This document shows positions 42,609 to 51,966 of a DNA stretch of 64,000 nucleotides, piece after piece. Source of the stretch: a candidate division WOR-3 bacterium (GTDB lineage Bacteria > Hydrothermota > Tepidihabitantia > Tepidihabitantales > Tepidihabitantaceae); assembly GCA_965649205.1 (NCBI GenBank), contig CBFGJV010000004.1, positions 42,134 through 106,133 on the forward strand. Reading direction: 5' to 3'. The notes below the pieces were generated by a model. The model had not been told where the DNA came from and ran no database searches. It saw nothing but the letters and a program-made list of their open reading frames with translations. Positions within the stretch are counted from its first letter, which is position 1; each line of letters opens with the position of its first letter. The position numbers were made by a program, and so were the translations under genes.

Positions 42609-43036
42609 CCAAGTCCTCGTCCTCTTCTGTAATACGGATACTCTTCGCCTGTGTCGGAAATTCCTGCCGCAGCCAGATGGCCGAAGCCCTCTGCCGCCAA
42701 CTTGGTAAAGACGTGGAGTGCACCTCTGCGGGTTCCGCTCCGGCTGACCGTGTGCAGCCAGATACGATCAAAGTTATGCAAGAAGTCGGCTTGGACATTT
42801 CTAATGCCCGTCCGAAGGCGTTCTCCGATCTTCCAAATTTGCAATTCGACTATCTAGTCACTATGGGTTGTGAAGTCCACTGTCCGTTCCTACCCGGCGC
42901 GCGTCTCATTCAATGGCAGATACCAGACCCCTTCGGAAAAGGCATCGAAGAGTACAGAAAAGTGCGCGACACAATCCACGTGAAAGTACTTCAGCTTCTG
43001 ATCTCTCTGAATAGGCTCAAACGCCTGCCAAGTTAA
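42602..43036 (+). CDS. arsC: LMW-PTPase-fold arsenate reductase-like protein
   Basis: CVGNSCRSQMAE, SAG, TMGC...CP, W.IPDP. Confidence 0.85.
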   Translation: MVAKSSSSSVIRILFACVGNSCRSQMAEALCRQLGKDVECTSAGSAPADRVQPDTIKVMQEVGLDISNARPKAFSDLPNLQFDYLVTMGCEVHCPFLPGARLIQWQIPDPFGKGIEEYRKVRDTIHVKVLQLLISLNRLKRLPS

Positions 43037-43054
43037 ACGCCAGTCGGGTGCCGC

Positions 43055-43930
43055 CTACAGACCACGCAGATATTCTGGCTTGAAACGGCGATACATTATC
43101 GCTGCTTCCAACTCCGCAACAAGCCGCTCTTTATCCTTGGGTAGCCGACCTCCCAGTGGCACATAATTTGATGCGTGGTTCGACCGGAACACGCTACCTT
43201 TTACATCTACTTGTTCCAGAAACACTTTCAGTTCCATAGCAAGCTCTTCTGGACTGGGCAACTGAAACTCGCCCCGTTCTATCGCGGCAGCAAGCGGTGT
43301 ACCTGGAATTACAGTCACGGTTAATGCTGAAAGATAATTCGGGTTCATCTGCGAAACAACCCGTGCAGACTCAACGGCGTGCTCTCGCCATAGCTTTCTA
43401 CCTCCCAGCCCCAAAAGATATATTACCGAGGACTTCATTCCGCATTCCTGTGCTTTCTTTACCGCTTCCACCATCTCCCCAGCGCTCGCACCTTTCTCCA
43501 TTCTTTTCAGAATCCGATCCGAACCCGACTCTAACCCTAGATAAAAAATACCAAGCTTATGCCGCACCAGCTCCCGCAGTTCCGCCTCCGACTTCTTCAA
43601 TATGTCGCGCGCGTTAGCATAAATGCCTACTCGCTGTAAATCGGGAAATCCTTCCTCTAGTGCCACCAGTATTTTCAGCAAATGCGCAGCGGGCAGCACC
43701 ATCGCATCACCGTCACAGAGAAAAACTCGCTTGACAAGTCCGCTGCGCCCAATCCGTTCGGCAACCAGTTGTATATCCTCCAGCACCTCCTCCAACTTGC
43801 GCACGCGAAATCGCTTATCCCTGTACATGGCACAAAATGCACACCGATTGTGCGAACAACCAATAGTCGCCTGTAATAAAAGTGAATCGGCCTCAGACGG
43901 CGGACGGAAAATGTTTCCCTCGTAACGCAT
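43055..43930 (-). CDS. Radical SAM protein
   Basis: RPPSEA.S..LQ.T.GCSHNRCAFC (CxxxCxxC), GLESG, FRSNHASNY. Confidence 0.9.
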   Translation of the reverse strand: MRYEGNIFRPPSEADSLLLQATIGCSHNRCAFCAMYRDKRFRVRKLEEVLEDIQLVAERIGRSGLVKRVFLCDGDAMVLPAAHLLKILVALEEGFPDLQRVGIYANARDILKKSEAELRELVRHKLGIFYLGLESGSDRILKRMEKGASAGEMVEAVKKAQECGMKSSVIYLLGLGGRKLWREHAVESARVVSQMNPNYLSALTVTVIPGTPLAAAIERGEFQLPSPEELAMELKVFLEQVDVKGSVFRSNHASNYVPLGGRLPKDKERLVAELEAAIMYRRFKPEYLRGL

Positions 43931-43965
43931 GAAATACCTTCTCCGAAGTGCGCAACAGAAGCTGC

Positions 43966-46308
43966 CTACGGCTGTTCACCTGGATTTTCTCCAGCATAAG
44001 ACTCAATCACATATACTCCGATAATTCTTCCTGGATCTGACCCCAGATAGGTAAACCTGAGTCCTGCCGAAATATAGTTTTCTCCGTAGTCCATGTACCG
44101 CATAAACTCCGGATGCCACTCGCCAGTGCCGAACTCCCAGAAAGCTAGAGCAGGGAGAAAAACATTCATCCCTTTTGCTTTTTTTCGCAGCTGTTTGTAC
44201 AGGTCGTCATAAGAAATTATTTCACCTGGTAACCGGGAAATCACTCTGCGGGCCCGGTCGGTCAGAAAATCGGTCGGAAAGAAAATAAACTGCGGAGTCA
44301 TTTTTAGGCCTCGCACTATGGCTGGTAGCACCGAATCCAACGCCGCAAAAAGTGGAGAATCTATCAGATAGACACCGGCCACCCCAGCTTCGTCTAGTTC
44401 CACAAGCTTGAAACTCAATGCTCCCCAGGCGTAGTCCTCCGCCTCATCCATGTAACGCATATACTCAGGATGCTCCTCAGAAGTTCCAAAAGCCCAGAAG
44501 GCCAAAGCCGGCAGTCTCTGCATCAATTGTCTGCCACCTCTTCCTTTCACTACCTGATACAACTTCTGGTAGGGAACCACTTCATCGGCTAACGGTTGAA
44601 CTACTTGTCTTGTCCACTCGTCCAGAAAGCTTGTCGGCCAGAAAACAGCCCTCCAGCGCTGCCGTGACCTCTGTATCATCCTGTCTGCCAATGCCTGCAG
44701 ACCATCGCCAAGCACTGGCATGGGAAATACGGCGATGTCTGAACCAAACAGTTTCACCCGCCCCGAACGTGGCTGTGCTCTCAACCTGTAGGCAAGCCTG
44801 CTTCCCACGCCAATTGTAACCACGCACACCAACGAACCACGTTCCGCCTGATACGTTTCGCTGAGACGAAAAAAATCCTCATCGAATTTCGCCCCCGAAA
44901 AATACCATCTGCCAATAGGACATACTAGATGATAACCACCGGCGTGTACTTCAAAAAACGCACTGTCCCCAGCCTCAAAGGGCACCTGGAACGTCTCGCC
45001 CAGGTAACGCTGTAGGATTATTTGAGTTCGCACATCAGTAAATACCAGCGAACCTTGTGGCACAGCCTCTCTCACAAATTCTATCGCCTGCACCAACGGC
45101 CCACGCGCTGCCCAGCGCCATCTACCCACCCCGCCTTGATCTGCCATATTGGCAACCACAAGGAGGGTCGCACTGCCAATAAACACCGGCCAGAAAAAGC
45201 GGCGGCTAACGTGAGCCAAGAAAATACCTATTCCTGCCGAGATGAAAATGACCAGAACAAAAACTTGGGAAATCTGTCCGTAACCCACAACTCCCAACAT
45301 GGCGGCAAAAGCGAAAATGAAAAACGGGAGCAGTAAAAGCGCCGCATCCCCCTTTCTGCGTCCTTCTCTCCCGGTTGCCAACAGGAAAACGCCCGCCGCG
45401 AACAAACCCAGACTTATCCAAGCACTCTCCCGTGTCTGAAACAGCAACTCAAACGTTCTAAAAATCCCCATTAAAGTAAAAGTCACTATTCCGTCCCGCC
45501 CGAGCCGGAATTGGCCAACTGTCTGGTAAGGACGGACAATAATATACACAAGGAGAGACACCAATAGACCGCTTCCTACTACCAATAGCGTTCTGTGTCC
45601 GCAAGTCTCTTTCCGTACCCTAAACAGTCCGTAGACCCCCAGGGCCAGGGCAACTGCCAAGCCGGCTTGATGAACCACTGTCCCCAACATGACAGCTAAA
45701 CATACCAGCAGAGCTTTTCTTATCGAACCACTCTGCCAAGCTTCTTCCCCAAAATACAGCGCAGCTGCGACAAAAAGACAAAGGAAAGCGTGTGCCTGAA
45801 CATCGCTCATACGTACTATCGCCTGAGGCAATAGTGCCAAAATGAGCGCACCCAATAAGGCAGCTGTTCGGCCAAATAGTTTCTGCATCCAGAGAAAGAA
45901 GAAAAACATCGCCATGCCGCTGGCCAGAAGAGAAGGCAGGCGCAGAAGAAAATCTCCCGACCATGGCCAGAGACGCAATAACAACTCATACAGTGGCTGC
46001 GGATTAGATGCTCCCGGAGCATAAACATTGCCAGCATAGGGAAGATGCACTGCCATCAGACGCAGTATTTCATCCGAATTCAGATAGCTAATAACGGCAT
46101 TCAGCACCCGCACAAGCAACCCAAGTGTCAAAATAACAATAGCTGCACCGGCGAAAACACTACTTTCTGTTTTGTCAGAAAAAGAACGAGCCTGGGCTTG
46201 GCGTACAGCTGCGTCCCCCCTTACCTGACCGGCATCTTCCCTACACGGAGCATCGAATGTTGTCTGCCGATCTTGGCCGGCCGTACCTCTTTCTTCAGAA
46301 GAGTTCAT
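43966..46308 (-). CDS. GT-C (ArnT/PMT-like) membrane glycosyltransferase with two tandem C-terminal repeats
   Basis: DE motif after TM1 (LNSDE), PLY..LL, LRLPS, many TM segments; duplicated LPALAFW.FGT.E.HPE.MRYMD. Confidence 0.75.
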   Translation of the reverse strand: MNSSEERGTAGQDRQTTFDAPCREDAGQVRGDAAVRQAQARSFSDKTESSVFAGAAIVILTLGLLVRVLNAVISYLNSDEILRLMAVHLPYAGNVYAPGASNPQPLYELLLRLWPWSGDFLLRLPSLLASGMAMFFFFLWMQKLFGRTAALLGALILALLPQAIVRMSDVQAHAFLCLFVAAALYFGEEAWQSGSIRKALLVCLAVMLGTVVHQAGLAVALALGVYGLFRVRKETCGHRTLLVVGSGLLVSLLVYIIVRPYQTVGQFRLGRDGIVTFTLMGIFRTFELLFQTRESAWISLGLFAAGVFLLATGREGRRKGDAALLLLPFFIFAFAAMLGVVGYGQISQVFVLVIFISAGIGIFLAHVSRRFFWPVFIGSATLLVVANMADQGGVGRWRWAARGPLVQAIEFVREAVPQGSLVFTDVRTQIILQRYLGETFQVPFEAGDSAFFEVHAGGYHLVCPIGRWYFSGAKFDEDFFRLSETYQAERGSLVCVVTIGVGSRLAYRLRAQPRSGRVKLFGSDIAVFPMPVLGDGLQALADRMIQRSRQRWRAVFWPTSFLDEWTRQVVQPLADEVVPYQKLYQVVKGRGGRQLMQRLPALAFWAFGTSEEHPEYMRYMDEAEDYAWGALSFKLVELDEAGVAGVYLIDSPLFAALDSVLPAIVRGLKMTPQFIFFPTDFLTDRARRVISRLPGEIISYDDLYKQLRKKAKGMNVFLPALAFWEFGTGEWHPEFMRYMDYGENYISAGLRFTYLGSDPGRIIGVYVIESYAGENPGEQP

Positions 46309-46412
46309 TACCAATTATGCTTTTTCAGTCTTCACATGTCAAAATGCGTAACTGAACTGCTCTTGACAAGTAAAATGCTGATACTACACTGGCGCAAACC
46401 CGTTACTAAAGC

Positions 46413-48062
46413 ATGCCCCAAGGTTCCCAAAGCAGAATCAAGATTGACAGACTTTCACTCCTGGCCTTCGTATTTCTCGGCCTGACACTTATCTATGCAC
46501 TGTCAACTCACCTCGCCAGTGAAGTAGTACCGGAAGATGACGCGTTCATCACTTACCGTTATGCCGAAAACCTGCGGGCCGGCAATGGGCCTGTATACAA
46601 CCCGGGACAAAAAGTATTTGGCATATCCAGTCCGGCTTATTTGGCCTGGCTTGCTGGAATTGGAACCGTTTTCCCTCACGTTCCGATTCCCGATTTGGCT
46701 GTGCGTGCCAATGCCATTTTCTTCGTGGTGGCTGTAATAGCTCTTTACCTTCTTCTCCGACGTCTGGTGGGTTCTACTCCCATCGCCGCCAGTCTCGCCG
46801 GATTGTTTGCCTTGCGTCCCGATATGCTTCAGGCTTCTCTAGGCGGAATGGAGCCTTTCCTTTTCTCCGCAATCATGGCCCTTTCCCTCTGGGCAGTTTT
46901 TTCCGGTCGCCACAACCTAGCTGCCCTCTTGGCAGGCATTTCTATTCTCGTCCGGCCCGAAGGAGTCTTCTTGGCTGTGGCGGTATGCATAGCCTGGCTG
47001 CGTGCCGTACGTCCTCATCCTGCCACATTCTTCTGTTGCCTTCTCTTACCACCCCTGATCTGGATAATATTCGGCTTTGCCTACTACGGCACGCCTATCT
47101 ACCATTCTCTCATTGCCAAAGCCCGTCCCCTCTACGTACTGCCGGTTGGGCACGCCGCTGACCTAACCATGAAGGAAATAGGATACTGGACTCTCGCTGG
47201 CTTCTTCAATAAGGAAACCGGCCTGATGCCACTCCTGCCCGGGGTATTGTTTTTTCTCGCGCTCGTCGCCGTCCGCTTCGCACGCTCAGTGCGCAACCAT
47301 CCTGTTCTACCGCCGCCCGGTGCCAAACACCCCTTTTTCCCTTGGGATGTGCTGTTGCTTGTCTTTCTGCTGCTTTTCTACATATTGACCAACCCCTTGA
47401 TGTTTGTCTGGTACTTTCCGCCTATCGCCATACTCTGGATGTGTACCACGGTAGCAAGCCTTCTAGGGCTCATCAGGCGCACCGACCCCACCCGACCCTG
47501 GAGAAAGTGGCTGCTCGTTCTCTTGCTCTTGGGAATTTTCCTCATTCCACCGCTGCGTCTATTTGTCTCCCAGCTACAAGCAAGCCGGTCCTGGCTCGAA
47601 ATACCGCTGGACAAGAAGGCTTATCGGCTGCGAGTACATGCCTACCGCGCAGCTGCCGAATGGCTCAACCCGCGTGTTCCGGCAGGAACGGTCCTGGCAG
47701 CTCCAGAAATAGGCGCACTCGGCTACTACTATCAACCCGGCATAGACCGTACCATATCCAAACGGTACGCGCCAGGCCCGGTACTCGATGCCTGCGGTCT
47801 GGTTAGCCCCGAAGCCATTCCCTTTTTGCCCGTTCCTGAAGAAGAACGTAGCGGACCCGGCGCCATTCCCCGCGGTTTGATAAAACAAGAACGCCCCGAT
47901 GTTGTCGTGACTATGGCTCGTTATGCTTACCTCAGCCTTTATCGCAGCCAGTGGTTTCAATCTACCTACACCTTGGTTCATCAAGTGTCCATGGAAGAAT
48001 CTCTTTGGGGATCAAAAACGGTCGAAATCTTTTTCCGCTCTGATCTCGTGGCGGAAGAATGA
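46413..48062 (+). CDS. GT-C-type membrane glycosyltransferase
   Basis: EDDAFITYRYAENL..G.G.VYN, GME, RPEG, K..P, IGALGYY, D..GLV. Confidence 0.75.
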   Translation: MPQGSQSRIKIDRLSLLAFVFLGLTLIYALSTHLASEVVPEDDAFITYRYAENLRAGNGPVYNPGQKVFGISSPAYLAWLAGIGTVFPHVPIPDLAVRANAIFFVVAVIALYLLLRRLVGSTPIAASLAGLFALRPDMLQASLGGMEPFLFSAIMALSLWAVFSGRHNLAALLAGISILVRPEGVFLAVAVCIAWLRAVRPHPATFFCCLLLPPLIWIIFGFAYYGTPIYHSLIAKARPLYVLPVGHAADLTMKEIGYWTLAGFFNKETGLMPLLPGVLFFLALVAVRFARSVRNHPVLPPPGAKHPFFPWDVLLLVFLLLFYILTNPLMFVWYFPPIAILWMCTTVASLLGLIRRTDPTRPWRKWLLVLLLLGIFLIPPLRLFVSQLQASRSWLEIPLDKKAYRLRVHAYRAAAEWLNPRVPAGTVLAAPEIGALGYYYQPGIDRTISKRYAPGPVLDACGLVSPEAIPFLPVPEEERSGPGAIPRGLIKQERPDVVVTMARYAYLSLYRSQWFQSTYTLVHQVSMEESLWGSKTVEIFFRSDLVAEE

Positions 48063-49195
48063 AAAAAATACTCATACTTGGCATCGGCGCGGCTCAAGTA
48101 GACGCGCTTCGTTGGTGCCGCGCGGCTGGGTTGGAAGTCCATGCCTGCGGTTTGTCAGAACAGGGCGCAGGCCGAAAACTGGCTGACCACTTTGCACTTA
48201 TAGATATCAGAAATACGCAAGCTGTCGAAGAATACGCAAGGTCTCACACCATAGACCTGATCTATTCTGTCGGTTCAGACGTAGCCATGCCTACTGTGGC
48301 TAAAGTAAGTGAAAGCCTTGGATTGCCATCTCTTTTCCCTTCTACCTCCGCATTTATCTGTAACAATAAACACCTCATGCGACAAACCCTTGGTTCCAGC
48401 TTTAGTGGTAATCTCCGTTACCGCGTAATTCGAGCGCTGGAAGATGCAGACCCATGGGACATCTTTCCCTGCGTGATGAAGCCCGTAGACAGCCAAGGGC
48501 AACGCGGTGTCGTGCTGCTACACAGCCCCCTGGATTTGAGAGAACATTTTTCCCGGACACTCAGTTTTTCGCCATCCGGGCAGGTCATTCTGGAAGAGTA
48601 CGCCTCAGGGCCGGAGGTATCAGTTAATGTCTACTCAGTAGCTGGGCAAATAAAATTCTTGCAACTTACCGATCGCATAGTGTTCCCAGAGTTTCCCGGC
48701 GGCATAGTGCGCGAGCACAGAATACCCGCTACCGTTTCTCCTGTCGTGGAAAACTCGGTATATGACCTCGTAAGGAGAGTTCTCAAAATAATAAGCATAC
48801 CCAATGGTCCAGCCTACTTCCAAATCAAACTCACCGATACCGGCCCCAAACTGCTCGAGGTAACACCGAGACTAGACGGTTGCCACCTCTGGCGTCTCAT
48901 CCGTGAATACTGCGGCATCGACCTGTTGGATTGCACTTTTCGCCATCTCCTTGGTCAACCCCTGCCTTCTTTCGAAAAAAAATCTAATGCAATTCCTCTG
49001 GCCTTAGTTTTTCCCTCGGGCCGCCCCGGAGAAAAGGTGAATCTATACTCTTACGATATTAACCACCCTATCTATCTGGAATGGTATTACGAACATGGAG
49101 AAACTATCAGGCCAATAAATGGAATTATGGAGAAGGTAGGCTACTTCATCCGGAGATTACCGCCGCAAACTGACAACAAAAGAAGTCAAATATGA
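48059..49195 (+). CDS. ATP-grasp domain protein (putative amide ligase)
   Basis: ILILGIG..Q, NK..MR, MKPVDSQGQRGV, EEY..GPEVSV, EVTPRL.G. Confidence 0.85.
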   Translation: MKKILILGIGAAQVDALRWCRAAGLEVHACGLSEQGAGRKLADHFALIDIRNTQAVEEYARSHTIDLIYSVGSDVAMPTVAKVSESLGLPSLFPSTSAFICNNKHLMRQTLGSSFSGNLRYRVIRALEDADPWDIFPCVMKPVDSQGQRGVVLLHSPLDLREHFSRTLSFSPSGQVILEEYASGPEVSVNVYSVAGQIKFLQLTDRIVFPEFPGGIVREHRIPATVSPVVENSVYDLVRRVLKIISIPNGPAYFQIKLTDTGPKLLEVTPRLDGCHLWRLIREYCGIDLLDCTFRHLLGQPLPSFEKKSNAIPLALVFPSGRPGEKVNLYSYDINHPIYLEWYYEHGETIRPINGIMEKVGYFIRRLPPQTDNKRSQI

Positions 49196-50115
49196 AAATC
49201 GCCTTGGTCGGGGGCAGCGGTTTCATAGGTTCCTGGTTGGTACGCTGCAGCAATCCCGAAGACAGTTTTATTATCGTAGACCAGAATCCGCCACCAGCTG
49301 ATATTGCGCAACAAGTGGAATACAGACCCGTAGACCTTCTTGCTGCCGTGAATGCTCCGTTTTCAGATCTCTCAAACCAATTGCGTGGCGCAGAGGCGGT
49401 CGTACTGCTAGCAGCTCGCCGTCCACCTGCCAAGTGGTATCCGGAAGCACCTCGTGATTACCTAGACAATCTGCGCATGGCCGTCAACGTAATGGAATCC
49501 TGCCGGCAACAGGGAATAGATAATGTAGTATTCACCTCCACCATTAGCGTCTACGGCCATCACAATAGAGTCCCCTATGATGAAACAGACCCGCCCCAGC
49601 CTGATAGTTACTACGGACTTTCCAAAGTAGCGGCTGAGCAGTTAGCCTTGTTTCTCAATCGTGAGAAAAATATGGCGATAAAGTGCCTAAGACTAGCACA
49701 TCTCTTCGGGGTTGGCGAGCGGGAGGATTTTATGTTCATGAAATTCGTACGCGCCGCTTTCCACAAGAAAACATTATCAATTTGGGGTAGGGGGGAAGGT
49801 CGCAGAGAATATATTTACGTAAAAGACGTCGCGGACGCTATCCGCACCGCTCTGCATCACAGAAATCTGTCGGGTATCTATAATATCGGAACAGGCCAGA
49901 ATGTATCACATCTCGAGCTGGCAGAACTTATCAATAGCGTCTTCGGTAACGAAGGCAATCTGGCCTTTCTCCAGAACAAGTCCGAAGACAAAGGCGTCGA
50001 CGGCATGTTAATACGCAAAGCCGAAAGCATACTGGGTTGGCGACCACGTTGGCCTCTGCGGCAGGCGTTGGAAGATATACGTAAGGTTTTACAAGAACAG
50101 TCTGTACGTGACTGA
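49192..50115 (+). CDS. NAD-dependent nucleotide-sugar epimerase/dehydratase/reductase
   Basis: GGSGFIG, STISVYG, YGLSK, REYIYVKD, YNIGTG. Confidence 0.9.
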   Translation: MKIALVGGSGFIGSWLVRCSNPEDSFIIVDQNPPPADIAQQVEYRPVDLLAAVNAPFSDLSNQLRGAEAVVLLAARRPPAKWYPEAPRDYLDNLRMAVNVMESCRQQGIDNVVFTSTISVYGHHNRVPYDETDPPQPDSYYGLSKVAAEQLALFLNREKNMAIKCLRLAHLFGVGEREDFMFMKFVRAAFHKKTLSIWGRGEGRREYIYVKDVADAIRTALHHRNLSGIYNIGTGQNVSHLELAELINSVFGNEGNLAFLQNKSEDKGVDGMLIRKAESILGWRPRWPLRQALEDIRKVLQEQSVRD

Positions 50116-50464
50116 CTTCACTGGTAGCGTTCGGCTCCGCGATATACTACTCCTGCACGCGTTGATTCTTCTCCATTCATCAGCTGGCATAATTGCCAAA
50201 ACGCTTTCTTCCCATCGATTTCTCTCCCCCTCCTTTCTTTTACTTTACGCGCTGGAAATCTTCATCCTACTAGTCTACGCGTTCTTCTGGCAAAAGATAC
50301 TGAAACGTTTCGAACTGTCTGTCGCATATGCCAACAACGGCATGTACATTGTGTGGACGCTGGTCTGGGCCGCACTATTCTTCGGCGAACGTATAAGACC
50401 AAACAATATCATAGGCGCTGCAGTGGTTATATCCGGCATTGTCGTATTATTCTGGAAAAAATGA
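50108..50464 (+). CDS. SMR/EamA-like small membrane protein (ArnE/F-like flippase subunit)
   Basis: 4 TM; WQKILKRFELSVAY, FFGE.I. Confidence 0.75.
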   Translation: MTDFTGSVRLRDILLLHALILLHSSAGIIAKTLSSHRFLSPSFLLLYALEIFILLVYAFFWQKILKRFELSVAYANNGMYIVWTLVWAALFFGERIRPNNIIGAAVVISGIVVLFWKK

Positions 50465-50799
50465 ATTCTTACCTTTTCCTATTCGTACTCTCGGTAGTAA
50501 TAGTCTCTTTCACGCAAATTTTGCTCAAACAAAGTGCAGATAAGAAACACGCCACCTGGTGGCGTGAGTATCTGAACTGGCGGGTATTAACCGCCTACGC
50601 TTTGTTTTTCGCCACAACGTTACTTGTCATAATCGCATTTCGCGGGGTGGAACTAAAGAATGGACCCATCCTACAATCCCTAGGCTATGTCCTTGTCCTC
50701 TTGCTGGAGCGTATTTTTCTCAGGGCACGCATATCTCTGCAGAAAGTAATCGGTATTCTTCTTATTGTTACAGGTATTGTGATTTTCAATCTGCGCTAG
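50461..50799 (+). CDS. SMR/EamA-like small membrane protein (ArnE/F-like flippase subunit)
   Basis: 4 TM; SFTQILLK.SA, EYLN; ATGA overlap with its partner. Confidence 0.75.
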   Translation: MNSYLFLFVLSVVIVSFTQILLKQSADKKHATWWREYLNWRVLTAYALFFATTLLVIIAFRGVELKNGPILQSLGYVLVLLLERIFLRARISLQKVIGILLIVTGIVIFNLR

Positions 50800-50878
50800 A
50801 AAAGAAGCGTACGGGCTCTTACGATGTAAAAAGAACTTAGGCCGCTAAAGCACACAATTATCGGGGAAATGAATTACC

Positions 50879-51889
50879 TTACCAGCGAGAACTGGTATTG
50901 GGGTGACTCATCCACTCTATCCGCCGCCACCAATTCTCGTTTTCTATATACCACCTGATTGTCTCGGCCAGCCCCTGTTTAAATGGTCGCCCAGGCTTCA
51001 CCCCAAGAATCTGAGCCGCTTTTTCAGTAGAACTCACATGCAAATCCACCTGTCCCGGCCTGTCCTCAATAGCCACGCACAGACTCTTCGGTTTGCCTAG
51101 ATATTCGAGTATCATATGTGCAATTTCCTTGACAGAAAAGACTTCCCCGGAGCCAAAGTTGAATACCTCTCCTATTACTTTGTCCCTGTTGGCTAGCACC
51201 AGAAACAGTCGTTCGCACAAATCCTGTACATGTAACCAGTCCCGCCGTGCCGCTCCCCCGCCATGCAACTCCAACGGTTTGTCCTGCAAAGCAGAGGTAA
51301 TGAATCTGGGAATAAGCTTTTCCAGGTGCTGATTAGGACCATACTGATTAAACGGCCGGATGATGGTGGCTGGTATCTTGTAGGTTTTTATGTACGAATA
51401 GACCAGTCTGTCCGCTCCGGCCTTGGCTGCCGCATAGGGACTCATCGGATTAAGAGGATGTTCCTCTGTCATCGGTTCTGACAAAGCAGTACCATAAACT
51501 TCGCTGGTTGATATATGTACGAACAGCTCCAGTCGGTCAGCATACTTCACCACCGCATTCGCTACCGTGTGAGTACCCAGCACATCGGTCTCGAAAAAAA
51601 CGCGATTGTCATAGAGCGAACGTGCCACGTGCGACTCTGCAGCAAAATGTATAACGGCATCGGCACGCGCCACAAGCGAACTTACCAAGTCCGGATTGCA
51701 TACGTTGCCATACCAGAATTCATACCGGTCCCGGTCATTCCGAATTCGCTCCGGTATATTCTCCGGATTACCTGCATATGTAAGCAGGTCCAGGTTCAGA
51801 ATACGCGTATCCGGATGCCTATCGTAATAGTAGCGAATAAAATTGCTACCGATAAAACCAGCTCCGCCAGTTACAAGAATTGTTCTCAT
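50879..51889 (-). CDS. rfbB: dTDP-glucose 4,6-dehydratase-like SDR
   Basis: TGGAGFIGSNF, LDLLTYAGN, HFAAESHV, PMSPYAAAKA, YGPNQH.EKLIP, RDWLHV.D, DRPG. Confidence 0.85.
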   Translation of the reverse strand: MRTILVTGGAGFIGSNFIRYYYDRHPDTRILNLDLLTYAGNPENIPERIRNDRDRYEFWYGNVCNPDLVSSLVARADAVIHFAAESHVARSLYDNRVFFETDVLGTHTVANAVVKYADRLELFVHISTSEVYGTALSEPMTEEHPLNPMSPYAAAKAGADRLVYSYIKTYKIPATIIRPFNQYGPNQHLEKLIPRFITSALQDKPLELHGGGAARRDWLHVQDLCERLFLVLANRDKVIGEVFNFGSGEVFSVKEIAHMILEYLGKPKSLCVAIEDRPGQVDLHVSSTEKAAQILGVKPGRPFKQGLAETIRWYIENENWWRRIEWMSHPNTSSRW

Positions 51890-51966
51890 CGTCTTAGTAT
51901 GCAGCACCCATTTCGCTTGTCAATTGTCTCGGTTGACAGCATAACAGTGCCCGGCATACTTGAAAA